Of a stretch of DNA of 64,000 nt, positions 1 through 10,245 are shown in pieces. This DNA comes from Ignavibacteriales bacterium (GTDB lineage: Bacteria; Bacteroidota; Ignavibacteria; Ignavibacteriales; DAOSCP01), in the NCBI GenBank assembly GCA_035379625.1, contig DAOSVM010000004.1, positions 6,706-70,705 on the forward strand, read 5' to 3'. A model generated the notes under the pieces. It did no database searches and was not told the DNA's origin. It worked only from the letters and a program-made list of their open reading frames with translations. The translations under genes were made by a program, and so were the position numbers. Positions within the stretch are counted from its first letter, which is position 1, and every line of letters starts with the position of its first letter.

Positions 1-1068
1 AAATATATAAGACGAAAACTTATCAATACTGGAATAGAAATTGCAAAAGAAACACAAAATTGGCAAGGTGAAGTTGATGATTTATTAGATTTAGCAGAGC
101 ATAAAATATTTGAGATAGCAGAAGAAAAAATGAAAACAAGCTATCAGGATATGAAATCTGCTATTTCTGACGCTTATCAATATATCGAAACAGTGCATAC
201 ACATCAAGAACAAAGTTTTTCTGTTAAAACTGGTTTAAATAAATTAGATGATTTAACAGGTGGGTTTCATAAATCTGATTTAATTATTGTTGCAGCTCGC
301 CCTTCTATGGGAAAAACGGCTTTTGCTTTAACTATTGCAAAAAATGCAGCACTTAGATATAAAGTACCAGTTGCTTTTTTTAGTCTTGAAATGTCAACTT
401 TACAATTAGCTCTTAGATTGATTTGTGCCGAAGCTAAAATAAATGCTCATCAATTACGAACAGGGAAATTACCATCTAATGAAATAACAAAGTTATCCAA
501 AACTATTTATAAATTGTCAGAAGCACCAATTTATATTGATGATTCGCCTTTGCAAACGGTTCTTGATATACGAGCTAAAGTTAGAAGATTAGTCTCTGAG
601 AAAAAAGTTGGTTTAGTAATGGTGGATTATTTACAGTTAATAAAGTCAACAGGTTCCTCAAAAGAAGTTAGCAGAGAAAGAGAAGTTTCAATAATTTCTA
701 GTTCCTTGAAGGCTCTTGCGAAAGAAGCTAATATTCCAGTTGTTGCATTAGCCCAGCTTAATAGATCTGTTGAACAAAGAAGTGATAAAATTCCACAACT
801 TTCCGATTTGCGAGAATCTGGTTCAATTGAGCAAGATGCCGACCTTGTAATATTTCTACATCGTCCCGAATATTACGGAATTAAGCAAACTAAAGAAGGA
901 GAATCAACAGAAGGTGTAGCTCAAGTGATTGTTGCTAAACATCGTAACGGCCCAACCGATACTGTAAATACAAGATTTTTCAAAGAATATGCATTGTTCG
1001 AAAATTTAATTAATGCAGTTTCTATTGAAGAGAATTACCAACCAAATAATCAAGATCCAGGATTTTAA
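1..1068 (+). CDS. dnaB: Replicative DNA helicase (5' end outside window)
   Basis: Frame 1 is open from base 1 (KYIRRKLINTG...). Motifs AARPSMGKT (Walker A), FSLEMS, VDYLQL, SDLRESGSIEQDAD, KHRNGPT. Confidence 0.97.
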   Translation, partial: KYIRRKLINTGIEIAKETQNWQGEVDDLLDLAEHKIFEIAEEKMKTSYQDMKSAISDAYQYIETVHTHQEQSFSVKTGLNKLDDLTGGFHKSDLIIVAARPSMGKTAFALTIAKNAALRYKVPVAFFSLEMSTLQLALRLICAEAKINAHQLRTGKLPSNEITKLSKTIYKLSEAPIYIDDSPLQTVLDIRAKVRRLVSEKKVGLVMVDYLQLIKSTGSSKEVSREREVSIISSSLKALAKEANIPVVALAQLNRSVEQRSDKIPQLSDLRESGSIEQDADLVIFLHRPEYYGIKQTKEGESTEGVAQVIVAKHRNGPTDTVNTRFFKEYALFENLINAVSIEENYQPNNQDPGF

Positions 1069-1398
1069 TTGTGATAGAAATAACAACTTATCCTTATAAT
1101 AATAGCTAAATATTCAAAAAATAATATTATTACTATAAAATTGTTAATTATAAATTAATAATATTAAAATAAAATTTAATTGTAAAATTATAAAACTTTC
1201 TTAAAATTTATCGTGTCAAATATATAATTTATCCCATTAATTCCTACTAAATTTCTCAAATAATAACTACATTATTTTACTTTTCAATATTAAATTTTAA
1301 ACATTTATATATTAAATGATAGCTTGTAACTAAAAGAAATACAATATGATATAGTTAATGATGTAAGAAAAAGGATAAAAAAATATTCTTTTTTTTTC

Positions 1399-1429
1399 TT
1401 GATTTATAGTCTATTTTACTTTATATTTG
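1399..1429 (+). promoter_or_regulatory. Putative dcw operon promoter
   Basis: TTGATT-N17-TATATT(TG). The downstream box also matches the Bacteroidota TAnnTTTG motif. Confidence 0.55.
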
Positions 1430-1435
1430 CAATGT

Positions 1436-1465
1436 AAGTGGAGAAAAGTGTATAAAAGTGGAGAT
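1436..1465 (+). promoter_or_regulatory. MraZ binding site (three direct repeats)
   Basis: AAGTGGAGAA-AAGTGTATAA-AAGTGGAGAT: GTG(G/T)A cores at 10-bp period just upstream of mraZ, typical of MraZ operator arrays. Confidence 0.8.
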
Positions 1466-1476
1466 ATTTCCCATTA

Positions 1477-1920
1477 ATGTTTCTTGGTAGTTCAAATACA
1501 ACGTTAGATTCAAAAAATCGATTTATTTTACCTTCAAAGTTCAGAAAGTATATCAGTCCAGATGAAACTTCAAAATTTATCCTAAATAGAGGAATTTCGC
1601 GTTGTATTGATATATATCCACTTAGTTCTTGGAAAAAAATTGAAAAAAAACTTGAAACACTTGATCCATTTAATCCAAAAGACGCTAAATTTATGCGAGT
1701 ATTCTTATTTGACACAAATGAATGTGAAGTGGATTCTCAATTTAGAATACTTGTACCACAATCCTTATTAGATTATGCAAATATAACTAAAGAAATCTTA
1801 GTTGTAGGTATTGCAGATAAATTAGAATTATGGAATCCTGAGGATTATAAGAAATATCTAGAACTTCCTGAAGATGAATATGAACAGCTTACAAAAGAAG
1901 TTATGAGTATAAATATATAA
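1477..1920 (+). CDS. mraZ: Division/cell wall cluster transcriptional repressor MraZ
   Basis: MFLG...LDSKNRFILPSKFR and EVDSQFRILVP duplicated AbrB-like motifs; first gene of the dcw cluster. Confidence 0.95.
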   Translation: MFLGSSNTTLDSKNRFILPSKFRKYISPDETSKFILNRGISRCIDIYPLSSWKKIEKKLETLDPFNPKDAKFMRVFLFDTNECEVDSQFRILVPQSLLDYANITKEILVVGIADKLELWNPEDYKKYLELPEDEYEQLTKEVMSINI

Positions 1921-2846
1921 TGCAAGACCAATTACATAATCCTGTACTGCTAAAAGAAACAATTGCGAATGTAGTAACTAATAAAAGCGGTATTTATTTT
2001 GATGCTACTTTTGGTAGAGGTGGGCATACAGAAGAGCTTTTAAAGGTATTAAATAATGATGCTAAAGTTATTGCTTGTGATGTTGACGAGATAGCTTTTA
2101 GGTATGGAAAAGAAAAATTTGTTAATGATAAACGTGTTAATTTGTATCTTTCAAATTTTGTAAATATAAATATTATTGCAAAGATTGAATTCATTGACGG
2201 TTTTGATGGTATTATAGCTGACTTAGGTGTTTCATCGCCGCAATATGATGATAAAGAATATGGTTTTACCTTTAAAGAAAAAGCAAAATTAGATTTAAGG
2301 CTTAATAAAGATATTAAAATTACAGCAGCTGATATTTTGAATGATTTTAGTCAATCTGAGATTTCAGATATAATTTATAATTTTGGAGAAGATAAAAATT
2401 CGAGAAAAATTGCTCGACAAATATGTGAATTCAGAACAAAAAGAAAATTTGAATATACTACTGATTTGGTTGAAGTTATTGAAAAAATAGTTCCACCAAA
2501 TTATTTAAATAAAACCTTGGCGAGAGTCTTTCAGGCATTAAGGATTTACATAAATGATGAATTAAATGTTCTTGAACAATTTGTTGAAAAATCTATTACA
2601 CTGCTCAAACCAGGTCGAAGAATGGGAATTATAACTTTCCATTCGTTGGAGGATAGAATTGTTAAAGAAGTTTTTAGTAAAAATGCAAAAGGTTGTATAT
2701 GTCCCCCTTCTTATCCAGTGTGTGTTTGTGGACAAAAACCTAAAATAAAAGTTATTCATAAGAAACCAATTGTACCAACTGAAGAAGAAATAAAGACAAA
2801 TTACAGAGCTAGAAGCGCAAAGTTGAGAGTTATTGAAAAATTATGA
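1920..2846 (+). CDS. rsmH: 16S rRNA C1402 N4-methyltransferase
   Basis: HNPVLL, DATFGRGGHT, DLGVSSPQ, ITFHSLEDRIVK, RARSAKLR. Confidence 0.97.
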   Translation: MQDQLHNPVLLKETIANVVTNKSGIYFDATFGRGGHTEELLKVLNNDAKVIACDVDEIAFRYGKEKFVNDKRVNLYLSNFVNINIIAKIEFIDGFDGIIADLGVSSPQYDDKEYGFTFKEKAKLDLRLNKDIKITAADILNDFSQSEISDIIYNFGEDKNSRKIARQICEFRTKRKFEYTTDLVEVIEKIVPPNYLNKTLARVFQALRIYINDELNVLEQFVEKSITLLKPGRRMGIITFHSLEDRIVKEVFSKNAKGCICPPSYPVCVCGQKPKIKVIHKKPIVPTEEEIKTNYRARSAKLRVIEKL

Positions 2847-3166
2847 AAAAAAGTAAAAAAAATATTTTATTCAATTTGTTAGTATCATTTATTCTAATAA
2901 CAACAATTGTTTTATATATAGTGTTAAAAATTGAGATTCAAAATATTGAAAAAGAAAAACTTGACTTAGAGCAATCAATTAAAGCTCTTGACGATGAATA
3001 TAATATAGTTTATGCAAATGTTCAAAAATATCAAAGTGCGGAAATAGTAATGCCTGTTGCTGCAATGCAATTGAATATGGTTAAGAAAATACCAGCTGAA
3101 GAAGTCCTTTTTGTAAAAGACGAATTTGACAATTTGCTTAAAGTTATTGATAAAAATTATGAATAA
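2843..3166 (+). CDS. ftsL: Cell division protein FtsL-like
   Basis: Small bitopic protein (one TM plus coiled coil) between rsmH and the PBP; called by synteny. Confidence 0.65.
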   Translation: MKKSKKNILFNLLVSFILITTIVLYIVLKIEIQNIEKEKLDLEQSIKALDDEYNIVYANVQKYQSAEIVMPVAAMQLNMVKKIPAEEVLFVKDEFDNLLKVIDKNYE

Positions 3167-4937
3167 TAGTAGACTCTTAATATCTGTTTCTTTGTTCTTT
3201 GTAATTTTGGTAATCATAATAGTAAGGCTTGTAAATGTTCAGATTATAAATCATGAAGAATATTTATTTAAGGCAGAAAAACAGCAATTTAAGACTAAGG
3301 AAGTACCTGCTAATCGTGGATTAATTTTCGATTCAAATGGTGATATTCTCGCTTATAATATAAATGTAGTTGATTTTTATGTTGATACAAGAATGTGTAA
3401 TGAAAAAAGGAAAGATACTATAGCAGGTAAATTTGCATCAGTCTTAGGAGGGAAAAAGGAAGAATATTTAAAAATCTTGAATTCAGCAAATAAAAATGTT
3501 CTTCTTGCCAATGATGTGACCTTAGATAAAGCTTTAGAATTGAAAAATTTTGTGATTGATGGGCTTTTTTACGAGGAAAAGCAAATACGTAAATATCCAT
3601 TCAATAATTTGGCATCTCATGTAATTGGTTATATTAATAAAGAACAAAAAGCGGTTGACGGTATAGAGAGAGCTTTTGATGAAAAATTAAGAGGTAAACC
3701 TGGTCTTATATACTTTGAAAGAGATGTAAAAGGAAGGATTGTCCAAGTACAAAATGATTTAAGTGTTAATCCTGTCGATGGCGCTAATTTATATTTGACA
3801 ATAAATCGGGTCTATCAACAGATACTTGAAGAAGAATTGCAAAAGGGAATTGCTAAGTTTTCTGCAAAATTTGGTGTTGGAATCATAATGAATCCGGAGA
3901 ACGGTGATATTTTAGCGATGACTAGTTTACCCTCTTTTGATCCAAATGAGTATAACAAGTATGATCTAGAACTATTACGGAATAAAGCTATTTCAGATTT
4001 ATATGAACCGGGTTCTACTTTTAAATCTATAGCGATGGCTACATTTATTGATAATAGCTTGATACGTGATAATGAAATAATAAATTGTGCCGGTGGGTTA
4101 TTAAAGGTTAATGATGTTACAATTAAAGATGATCATGCTGTAGGAAATGTTACACCTAAAGAAATATTGGCGTATTCAAGTAATGTTGGAATGTCTAAAT
4201 TAAGCACCAGAATTGATAAGGAAAATTTTTATCTATATTTGAGAAATTTTGGCTTTGGCAATGTAACATCCTGTGGGTTGAATGGTGAAGTTAAAGGAAT
4301 TTTATTAAAACCTGAAAAGATAAATGAAATTTATAAAATGTTTATGTCATTTGGATATAGTGTTTCTGTCACACCAATTCAAATGGCAACTGCATATTGT
4401 GCTCTTGTAAATGGAGGTACTTTATATCAACCTAGATTAGTTAGTAAAATAGTGTATAAAAATAATCAGGTTGAAGAGATTAGTCCAAAAGCTATACGCA
4501 AGTGTATTTCTGAAAAAACTTCATCAAAAATTCGTGATTATATGCGTAGTGTTGTAACAATTGGTACAGCACGTAAAGCTTTTGAAGATTTTAATCTTGT
4601 TGAAGTTGGTGGTAAAACTGGTACAGCTCAGATAATTGTTGATAAAAAACATACAAGTGCAAAACATAATTCTTCGTTTATAGGATTTTTACCTTTAAAT
4701 AATCCTAAACTTGTATGTTATATTTTAGTTAGCCAACCACAAGGTGGCTATGCAGGCGGACAAGTAGCAGCACCTATTTTTAAAAATGTTGTTCGCAAAA
4801 TATTACTCATTAACGATGATCTTTTACCTAAAGATAAAAAATATTTGGCATATAAAATAGATACTTCTTTGTTATATAATGATATATCAAATATTATGCC
4901 AAAAGTAAAAAATAATAAAAATAATAAGAAGAAGTAA
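3159..4937 (+). CDS. ftsI: Class B penicillin-binding protein (FtsI/PBP3)
   Basis: RGLIFDSNG; EPGSTFK (SxxK), SSNVG (SxN), KTGTAQ (KTG). ATG 3159 preferred over TTG 3126. Confidence 0.92.
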   Translation: MNNSRLLISVSLFFVILVIIIVRLVNVQIINHEEYLFKAEKQQFKTKEVPANRGLIFDSNGDILAYNINVVDFYVDTRMCNEKRKDTIAGKFASVLGGKKEEYLKILNSANKNVLLANDVTLDKALELKNFVIDGLFYEEKQIRKYPFNNLASHVIGYINKEQKAVDGIERAFDEKLRGKPGLIYFERDVKGRIVQVQNDLSVNPVDGANLYLTINRVYQQILEEELQKGIAKFSAKFGVGIIMNPENGDILAMTSLPSFDPNEYNKYDLELLRNKAISDLYEPGSTFKSIAMATFIDNSLIRDNEIINCAGGLLKVNDVTIKDDHAVGNVTPKEILAYSSNVGMSKLSTRIDKENFYLYLRNFGFGNVTSCGLNGEVKGILLKPEKINEIYKMFMSFGYSVSVTPIQMATAYCALVNGGTLYQPRLVSKIVYKNNQVEEISPKAIRKCISEKTSSKIRDYMRSVVTIGTARKAFEDFNLVEVGGKTGTAQIIVDKKHTSAKHNSSFIGFLPLNNPKLVCYILVSQPQGGYAGGQVAAPIFKNVVRKILLINDDLLPKDKKYLAYKIDTSLLYNDISNIMPKVKNNKNNKKK

Positions 4938-4938
4938 T

Positions 4939-6405
4939 ATGGAATTATCTTATTTATTAAACTACATTAAAGTTATACAAGTCGTTGGTAAAGTTGAACA
5001 AAGAGATATATCAGGTATTGCTTATAACTCTAAGAATGTTGTGAAAAATAATATTTTTGTAGCTATTAAAGGCGTTAATGTCGATGGCCATAAATTTATT
5101 ATGGATGCGATGAATAATGGAGCTATTGCTGTAGTTGTGGAGGATGATAGTGTTATTCCTGATTATATTTTTGAACATAGAAACGTAACAAAAATATTAG
5201 TTGAGGATAGTCGTAAAACTTTGGCTAAACTTTCACATGTTTTTTATAAAGAACCTACAAATAAATTAGATCTCATAGGTATTACAGGTACTAATGGAAA
5301 AACAACAACAACATATATTATTAGAAAAATTTTACAAACTGATCATCGAAAAGTTGGGCTTATTGGAACAATAGCTAATTTTATAGATAATGAAAAAATT
5401 GATACTAATCTAACTACTCCTGAATCTGTTGAATTAAATCAACTTTTTAAAAATATGGTGGATAAAGGTTGTCAGAATGCTGTAATGGAAGTTTCTTCAC
5501 ATTCATTAGTTATGAATCGTGTTTATGGATTGAATTTTAAGGTTGCAATATTTTCAAATCTTACACAAGATCATTTAGATTTCCATAAAACTATGGATGA
5601 ATACGCAAATGCAAAAAAAATATTATTCGATAACTTAGATGAAAATGCGTATTCTGTAGTAAATTATGATGACCAATATTCTCAATTTATGATAAAAGAT
5701 ACTAAATCAAAAGTATATACTTATGGTTTTGATGATGGATGTGATTTCCAAATATTAGATTTAAGCAATTCGTTAAATGGTTTGTCTTTCAAAATTAAAT
5801 ATCAAGAACAAATTTTTAATGTTAAAAGTAAATTAATCGGTAAATTTAACGCTTACAATATTACTGCAGCATTTGTTTCTACATTTATGTTGGGTATAGA
5901 ACCACAAATAATTTTAAAAGCTATTGAAGATTTTGAAGGAGTAAGTGGTAGATTCCAAGTATTAAAAAATAAGAATAAAACTGTTGTTATAGATTACTCG
6001 CATACACCTGATAGTTTACAAAAAGCATTATCAACATTGAATGAATTAACTAACAATCCAATTTATTGTGTGTTTGGTGCTGGTGGTGATAGAGATAAAA
6101 CAAAAAGACCTATAATGGGGAAAATAGCATCAGAGTTGTCAAAAAAAGTATTTGTCACCTCTGATAATCCTAGAACAGAAGATCCAGAAAAGATAATTGA
6201 TGATATTATTGCAGGAATTAAGTATGATAATTTTATAAGAATATCTGATAGAGAAAACGCTATTAAAGAAGCCATTTTAAATACAGAAGATAATGCAGTA
6301 ATTTTAATTGCTGGCAAAGGTCACGAAGATTATCAAATCATTGGGAAAACAAAAATTCATTTTTCAGATGCTGAAATTGCAAATAAGTATTTGGAGTTAT
6401 TATGA
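4939..6405 (+). CDS. murE: UDP-MurNAc-tripeptide synthetase (meso-DAP type)
   Basis: GITGTNGKTT, MEVSSH, DHLDFH, DNPR (DAP specificity), AGKGHE. Confidence 0.96.
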   Translation: MELSYLLNYIKVIQVVGKVEQRDISGIAYNSKNVVKNNIFVAIKGVNVDGHKFIMDAMNNGAIAVVVEDDSVIPDYIFEHRNVTKILVEDSRKTLAKLSHVFYKEPTNKLDLIGITGTNGKTTTTYIIRKILQTDHRKVGLIGTIANFIDNEKIDTNLTTPESVELNQLFKNMVDKGCQNAVMEVSSHSLVMNRVYGLNFKVAIFSNLTQDHLDFHKTMDEYANAKKILFDNLDENAYSVVNYDDQYSQFMIKDTKSKVYTYGFDDGCDFQILDLSNSLNGLSFKIKYQEQIFNVKSKLIGKFNAYNITAAFVSTFMLGIEPQIILKAIEDFEGVSGRFQVLKNKNKTVVIDYSHTPDSLQKALSTLNELTNNPIYCVFGAGGDRDKTKRPIMGKIASELSKKVFVTSDNPRTEDPEKIIDDIIAGIKYDNFIRISDRENAIKEAILNTEDNAVILIAGKGHEDYQIIGKTKIHFSDAEIANKYLELL

Positions 6406-7784
6406 TAGATTTTTCTTACAAAGATTTGGCTCATATACTAAACGCAGAGTTAATAAATCCTATTTACTATAAGAAATTTGATAATATCTCATCAGATTCA
6501 AGAAATATAACTGAAAATTCAATTTTCTTTGCATTTAAGGGTGAAAAATTTGATGGACATGATTATATCTATAATGTTATAAATTCTGGTGTAAAGTCAA
6601 TTGTAATAAATAAAGATAGAATAAACGATTTTAAGAATTTGCAAATTACAATTTTTGCTGTTGACGATACTATTAAAGCATATGGTGATTTAGCAAAAGT
6701 TTATAAAAATAGAATTAAAACTAAAGTCATTGCTATTACCGGTAGTAATGGGAAAACTACAACAAAAGAGCTATTAGCTCATATGTTATCGACAAAATAT
6801 AATGTTGTTAAGACAGAAAAAAATGATAATAACCATATTGGTGTTCCTAAAACAATTTTTAAAGCTGATAAGAATACAGAATTTATTGTATTAGAAGTTG
6901 GGACAAATCATCCTGGTGAAATTGAATACTCTGCTAAAATTGCACAACCTGATTATTCATTTATTACATTGATAGGTGAATCTCATTTAGAGTTTTTAAA
7001 AGATTTAAATGGTGTTCTTGAGGAAAAATATGCTTTATATAAAGAAACTATTAAGCATATTGGAGCAATATTTGTAAATATTGATGATGAATTATTGGAT
7101 AAAAAAACAAAAGAACTTATTGAAAGAATAACAATTTCATTTGAAAAAAAAGCTGATTATGAAGGGGAAATTGTGGGTTTTGATGAATTAGGTAAAGCTA
7201 CAGTAAGAATTAAAACAGATAATGGTATTATTTTTGACTTGAAAAATCCGCTTTATGGGTTAGCAAATGCTAAAAATTTATTATATGCTGCGAGTATAGC
7301 TTTCCATTTAGGAGTTGATGTTGAAAAAATTAAAAATTCATTATTGACTTTTGAGGCTGTTGACAATCGAATGAATGTTAAAAAGTTTGCAAATTTTATG
7401 CTAATTGAAGACTATTACAATGCAAATCCAAAATCTATGAAAGCAGCAATTGAATATTTGAATTATTTAAATGTTTACACTAAAAAAATCGCAATTTTAG
7501 GTGATATGTTCGAACTTGGTGAACATTCAAAGAATGAGCACGAAAAACTTTCATTTTTATTAAATGATTCAAATATACAAAATGTATTGCTTATAGGAAA
7601 CGATATGAAATATTTATTCGATAAAATGGATAAAATTAAATTTAATGTAAAATATTTTGATAATCGTGAGGAAATGGTCAAATATTGTGAAAATATGGAT
7701 ATAGATGAAAGTATTATTTTGGTAAAAGGATCACGTGGAATGAAAATGGAAGATTTTGCTAACATTTTTAAAAACAAGGCGTAA
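6402..7784 (+). CDS. murF: UDP-MurNAc-pentapeptide synthetase
   Basis: ITGSNGKTTTKE, YNANPKSM, LGDMFELG, KGSRGMKME. Confidence 0.96.
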   Translation: MIDFSYKDLAHILNAELINPIYYKKFDNISSDSRNITENSIFFAFKGEKFDGHDYIYNVINSGVKSIVINKDRINDFKNLQITIFAVDDTIKAYGDLAKVYKNRIKTKVIAITGSNGKTTTKELLAHMLSTKYNVVKTEKNDNNHIGVPKTIFKADKNTEFIVLEVGTNHPGEIEYSAKIAQPDYSFITLIGESHLEFLKDLNGVLEEKYALYKETIKHIGAIFVNIDDELLDKKTKELIERITISFEKKADYEGEIVGFDELGKATVRIKTDNGIIFDLKNPLYGLANAKNLLYAASIAFHLGVDVEKIKNSLLTFEAVDNRMNVKKFANFMLIEDYYNANPKSMKAAIEYLNYLNVYTKKIAILGDMFELGEHSKNEHEKLSFLLNDSNIQNVLLIGNDMKYLFDKMDKIKFNVKYFDNREEMVKYCENMDIDESIILVKGSRGMKMEDFANIFKNKA

Positions 7785-7786
7785 TT

Positions 7787-8896
7787 ATGTTATATTATTT
7801 CTTTACATGGGTTAATAAGGTATTAAATCCGCCAGGATTTGATGTATTTAAATTTATTACTTTTAGATCGGCTGTAGCAGCTTTTACTGCTTTCTTTTTA
7901 TCAATTTATTTTGGCCCAAAGTTGATTAAAAAGCTTCAGAAATTGCAAATTGGTGAAGCAAAAAAAATAGATGGGCCACAAAGCCATTGGTCAAAAGTCG
8001 GTACTCCTACAATGGGAGGTATTTTGGTTATATCTACAGTTACACTATCAACTTTGTTTTGGAGCGATGTTTTAAGTATATATATTATTTTAGCGTTATT
8101 TGTTACTTTATTTTTAGCAGGGTTAGGATTTCTGGATGATTATTTGAAAGTTATAAAAAAGTTTAAAAATGGGTTAGTTGAAAAATACAAATTACTAGGT
8201 CAATTTATCGTATCATTAATTTTGGCACTTGCTATTTATTATTTACCACAGTTTAGTGGAATAAATTCGCAAACTACAATTCCTTTTATGAAGGATGCAA
8301 ATTTAGATTTTGGAATTTTATATATACCTGTAATTATATTCATAATAACAGCTACATCTAATGCTGTAAATTTAACAGATGGATTAGATGGACTTTCAAT
8401 TGGAACTTTTTCAATTGTTTCTTTAGCATTAGCATTTATTTGTTATATTTCAGGAAATTATAAATGGGCAGATTATTTTAACATTATATATTTACCTGGT
8501 AGCGGGGAATTAACAATATTTGCAGCTGCTCTTTTTGGTGCATCAATCGGTTTTTTATGGTTTAATTCTTATCCAGCACAAATTTTTATGGGCGATACTG
8601 GGTCTTTGGCTTTAGGAGGTGCTTTGGGAGTAATTTCAATTCTTGTAAAAAAAGAACTTTTATTGCCATTATTAGGAGGTATTTATTTTATTGAAACACT
8701 TTCTGTAATTATTCAGAGATTTTACTTTAAATATACTAAGAAAAAGTATGGCGAAGGGAGAAGAGTTTTTAAAATGGCTCCGATTCACCACCATTTTGAG
8801 ATGAAAGGTTGGCCTGAGCCTAAAATTGTAGTTCGCTTTTACATTATTACTGCTATTCTTGTTTTATTAAGTCTTACTTCATTCAAAATTAGGTAA
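7787..8896 (+). CDS. mraY: Phospho-N-acetylmuramoyl-pentapeptide transferase
   Basis: GTPTMGG, NAVNLTDGLDGL, FMGDTGSLALG, MAPIHHHFE. Confidence 0.98.
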   Translation: MLYYFFTWVNKVLNPPGFDVFKFITFRSAVAAFTAFFLSIYFGPKLIKKLQKLQIGEAKKIDGPQSHWSKVGTPTMGGILVISTVTLSTLFWSDVLSIYIILALFVTLFLAGLGFLDDYLKVIKKFKNGLVEKYKLLGQFIVSLILALAIYYLPQFSGINSQTTIPFMKDANLDFGILYIPVIIFIITATSNAVNLTDGLDGLSIGTFSIVSLALAFICYISGNYKWADYFNIIYLPGSGELTIFAAALFGASIGFLWFNSYPAQIFMGDTGSLALGGALGVISILVKKELLLPLLGGIYFIETLSVIIQRFYFKYTKKKYGEGRRVFKMAPIHHHFEMKGWPEPKIVVRFYIITAILVLLSLTSFKIR

Positions 8897-8901
8897 TAAA
8901 A

Positions 8902-10245
8902 ATGAACGTTAAAGGAAAAAAAGTAACAATACTTGGTGCTGTAAGAAGTGGAGTTAGTGCTGCACTTTTAGTCCAAAAATTAGAAGGAAAGCCATTTGTT
9001 AGTGATATGGCTGATGCTAGTAAATTGAATGATGAAATGGTTCGTTTAAGAGAAGCAAATATTCCTTTTGAATTTGGTGGGCATACAGAAAAGGTTTATG
9101 ATTGCGATTTTATCATTACTAGCCCTGGTGTTCCTACAAAATCAAAAGTTATACAAGAAGCATTAAAAAGAAAAATTGAAATTTTCAGTGAATTGGAATT
9201 TGCTTCATATTTTTGTAAAGGGAAAGTTATTGCAATTACGGGCTCAAATGGTAAAACTACAACAACAAGCTTGGTACATCATATATTAACAACTTCAAAT
9301 AAAAAAACTTATTTAGCTGGTAATATTGGTTTTGCTTTTTCAAATATTTGTTTAGATGTTAAAGAAGACGAATTTGTTGCTTTGGAAGTTTCTAGTTTTC
9401 AGCTTGAAAGGAACAAAAAATTTAAACCATATATTTCAATTATTACAAATATAACTCCAGATCATTTAGATAGATATGAAACATTTGAAGATTATAGAAA
9501 TGCAAAATTATCAATTTATAAAACTCAGGATGAAAATGATTATGTAATTTTGAATTATGACGATAAATTTTCCCAAAGAGAGATAAACAATAAAAATGTT
9601 AATACAATATTTTTCTCCTTAAACGAAAAGCCAAAAAATTCCATTTATTTAGATAATGAAAATATAATTTTTGAACAAAACGGTAAAATTGTTTTTGCTT
9701 GTAAAACATCTGATATAAAAATAAAAGGTTTGCATAATATTGCAAATTCTATGTGTGCGATCGTTGCGGCTAAGTTATCTGGTTGTAGTAATGAAGATAT
9801 TATTAAAGGATTACAAACTTTTGAAGGTGTAGAACACAGATTGGAATTTGTAAGGGAAATTAATGGTGTGAAATATGTAAACGATTCAAAGGCTACAAAT
9901 GTGGATTCATTATATTTTGCATTAAAAAGTTTTGATAATCCTATTTTTTTGATTTTAGGTGGAATTGATAAAGGAAATGATTATAATCAAATAAAAGATT
10001 TAGTACTTCAAAAAGTTAAAAAAATTTATGCGATAGGTCAGTCTGCTGATAAAATATTTAATTTCTTCCATCACGATATAAAAGTTGAAATTAAAAGTTC
10101 ATTGAAAGAGTGTGTAGATGCTGCAAATAGTGAGGCCAGAGAAGGGGATATAGTTTTACTTTCACCTGCTTGTGCAAGTATGGATATGTTTAAAAATTAT
10201 GAAGAAAGAGGACGAATTTTTAAAGAATTAGTTTATAATTTATAA
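8902..10245 (+). CDS. murD: UDP-MurNAc-L-Ala-D-Glu ligase
   Basis: ITGSNGKTTT, LEVSSFQL, NDSKATN, LLSPACAS. Confidence 0.97.
   Translation: MNVKGKKVTILGAVRSGVSAALLVQKLEGKPFVSDMADASKLNDEMVRLREANIPFEFGGHTEKVYDCDFIITSPGVPTKSKVIQEALKRKIEIFSELEFASYFCKGKVIAITGSNGKTTTTSLVHHILTTSNKKTYLAGNIGFAFSNICLDVKEDEFVALEVSSFQLERNKKFKPYISIITNITPDHLDRYETFEDYRNAKLSIYKTQDENDYVILNYDDKFSQREINNKNVNTIFFSLNEKPKNSIYLDNENIIFEQNGKIVFACKTSDIKIKGLHNIANSMCAIVAAKLSGCSNEDIIKGLQTFEGVEHRLEFVREINGVKYVNDSKATNVDSLYFALKSFDNPIFLILGGIDKGNDYNQIKDLVLQKVKKIYAIGQSADKIFNFFHHDIKVEIKSSLKECVDAANSEAREGDIVLLSPACASMDMFKNYEERGRIFKELVYNL

Noticed and set aside
1069..1398. AT-rich intergenic region after dnaB as a replication origin
   Set aside because: No TTATCCACA-type DnaA box cluster was seen; the AT content is similar to other intergenic regions.
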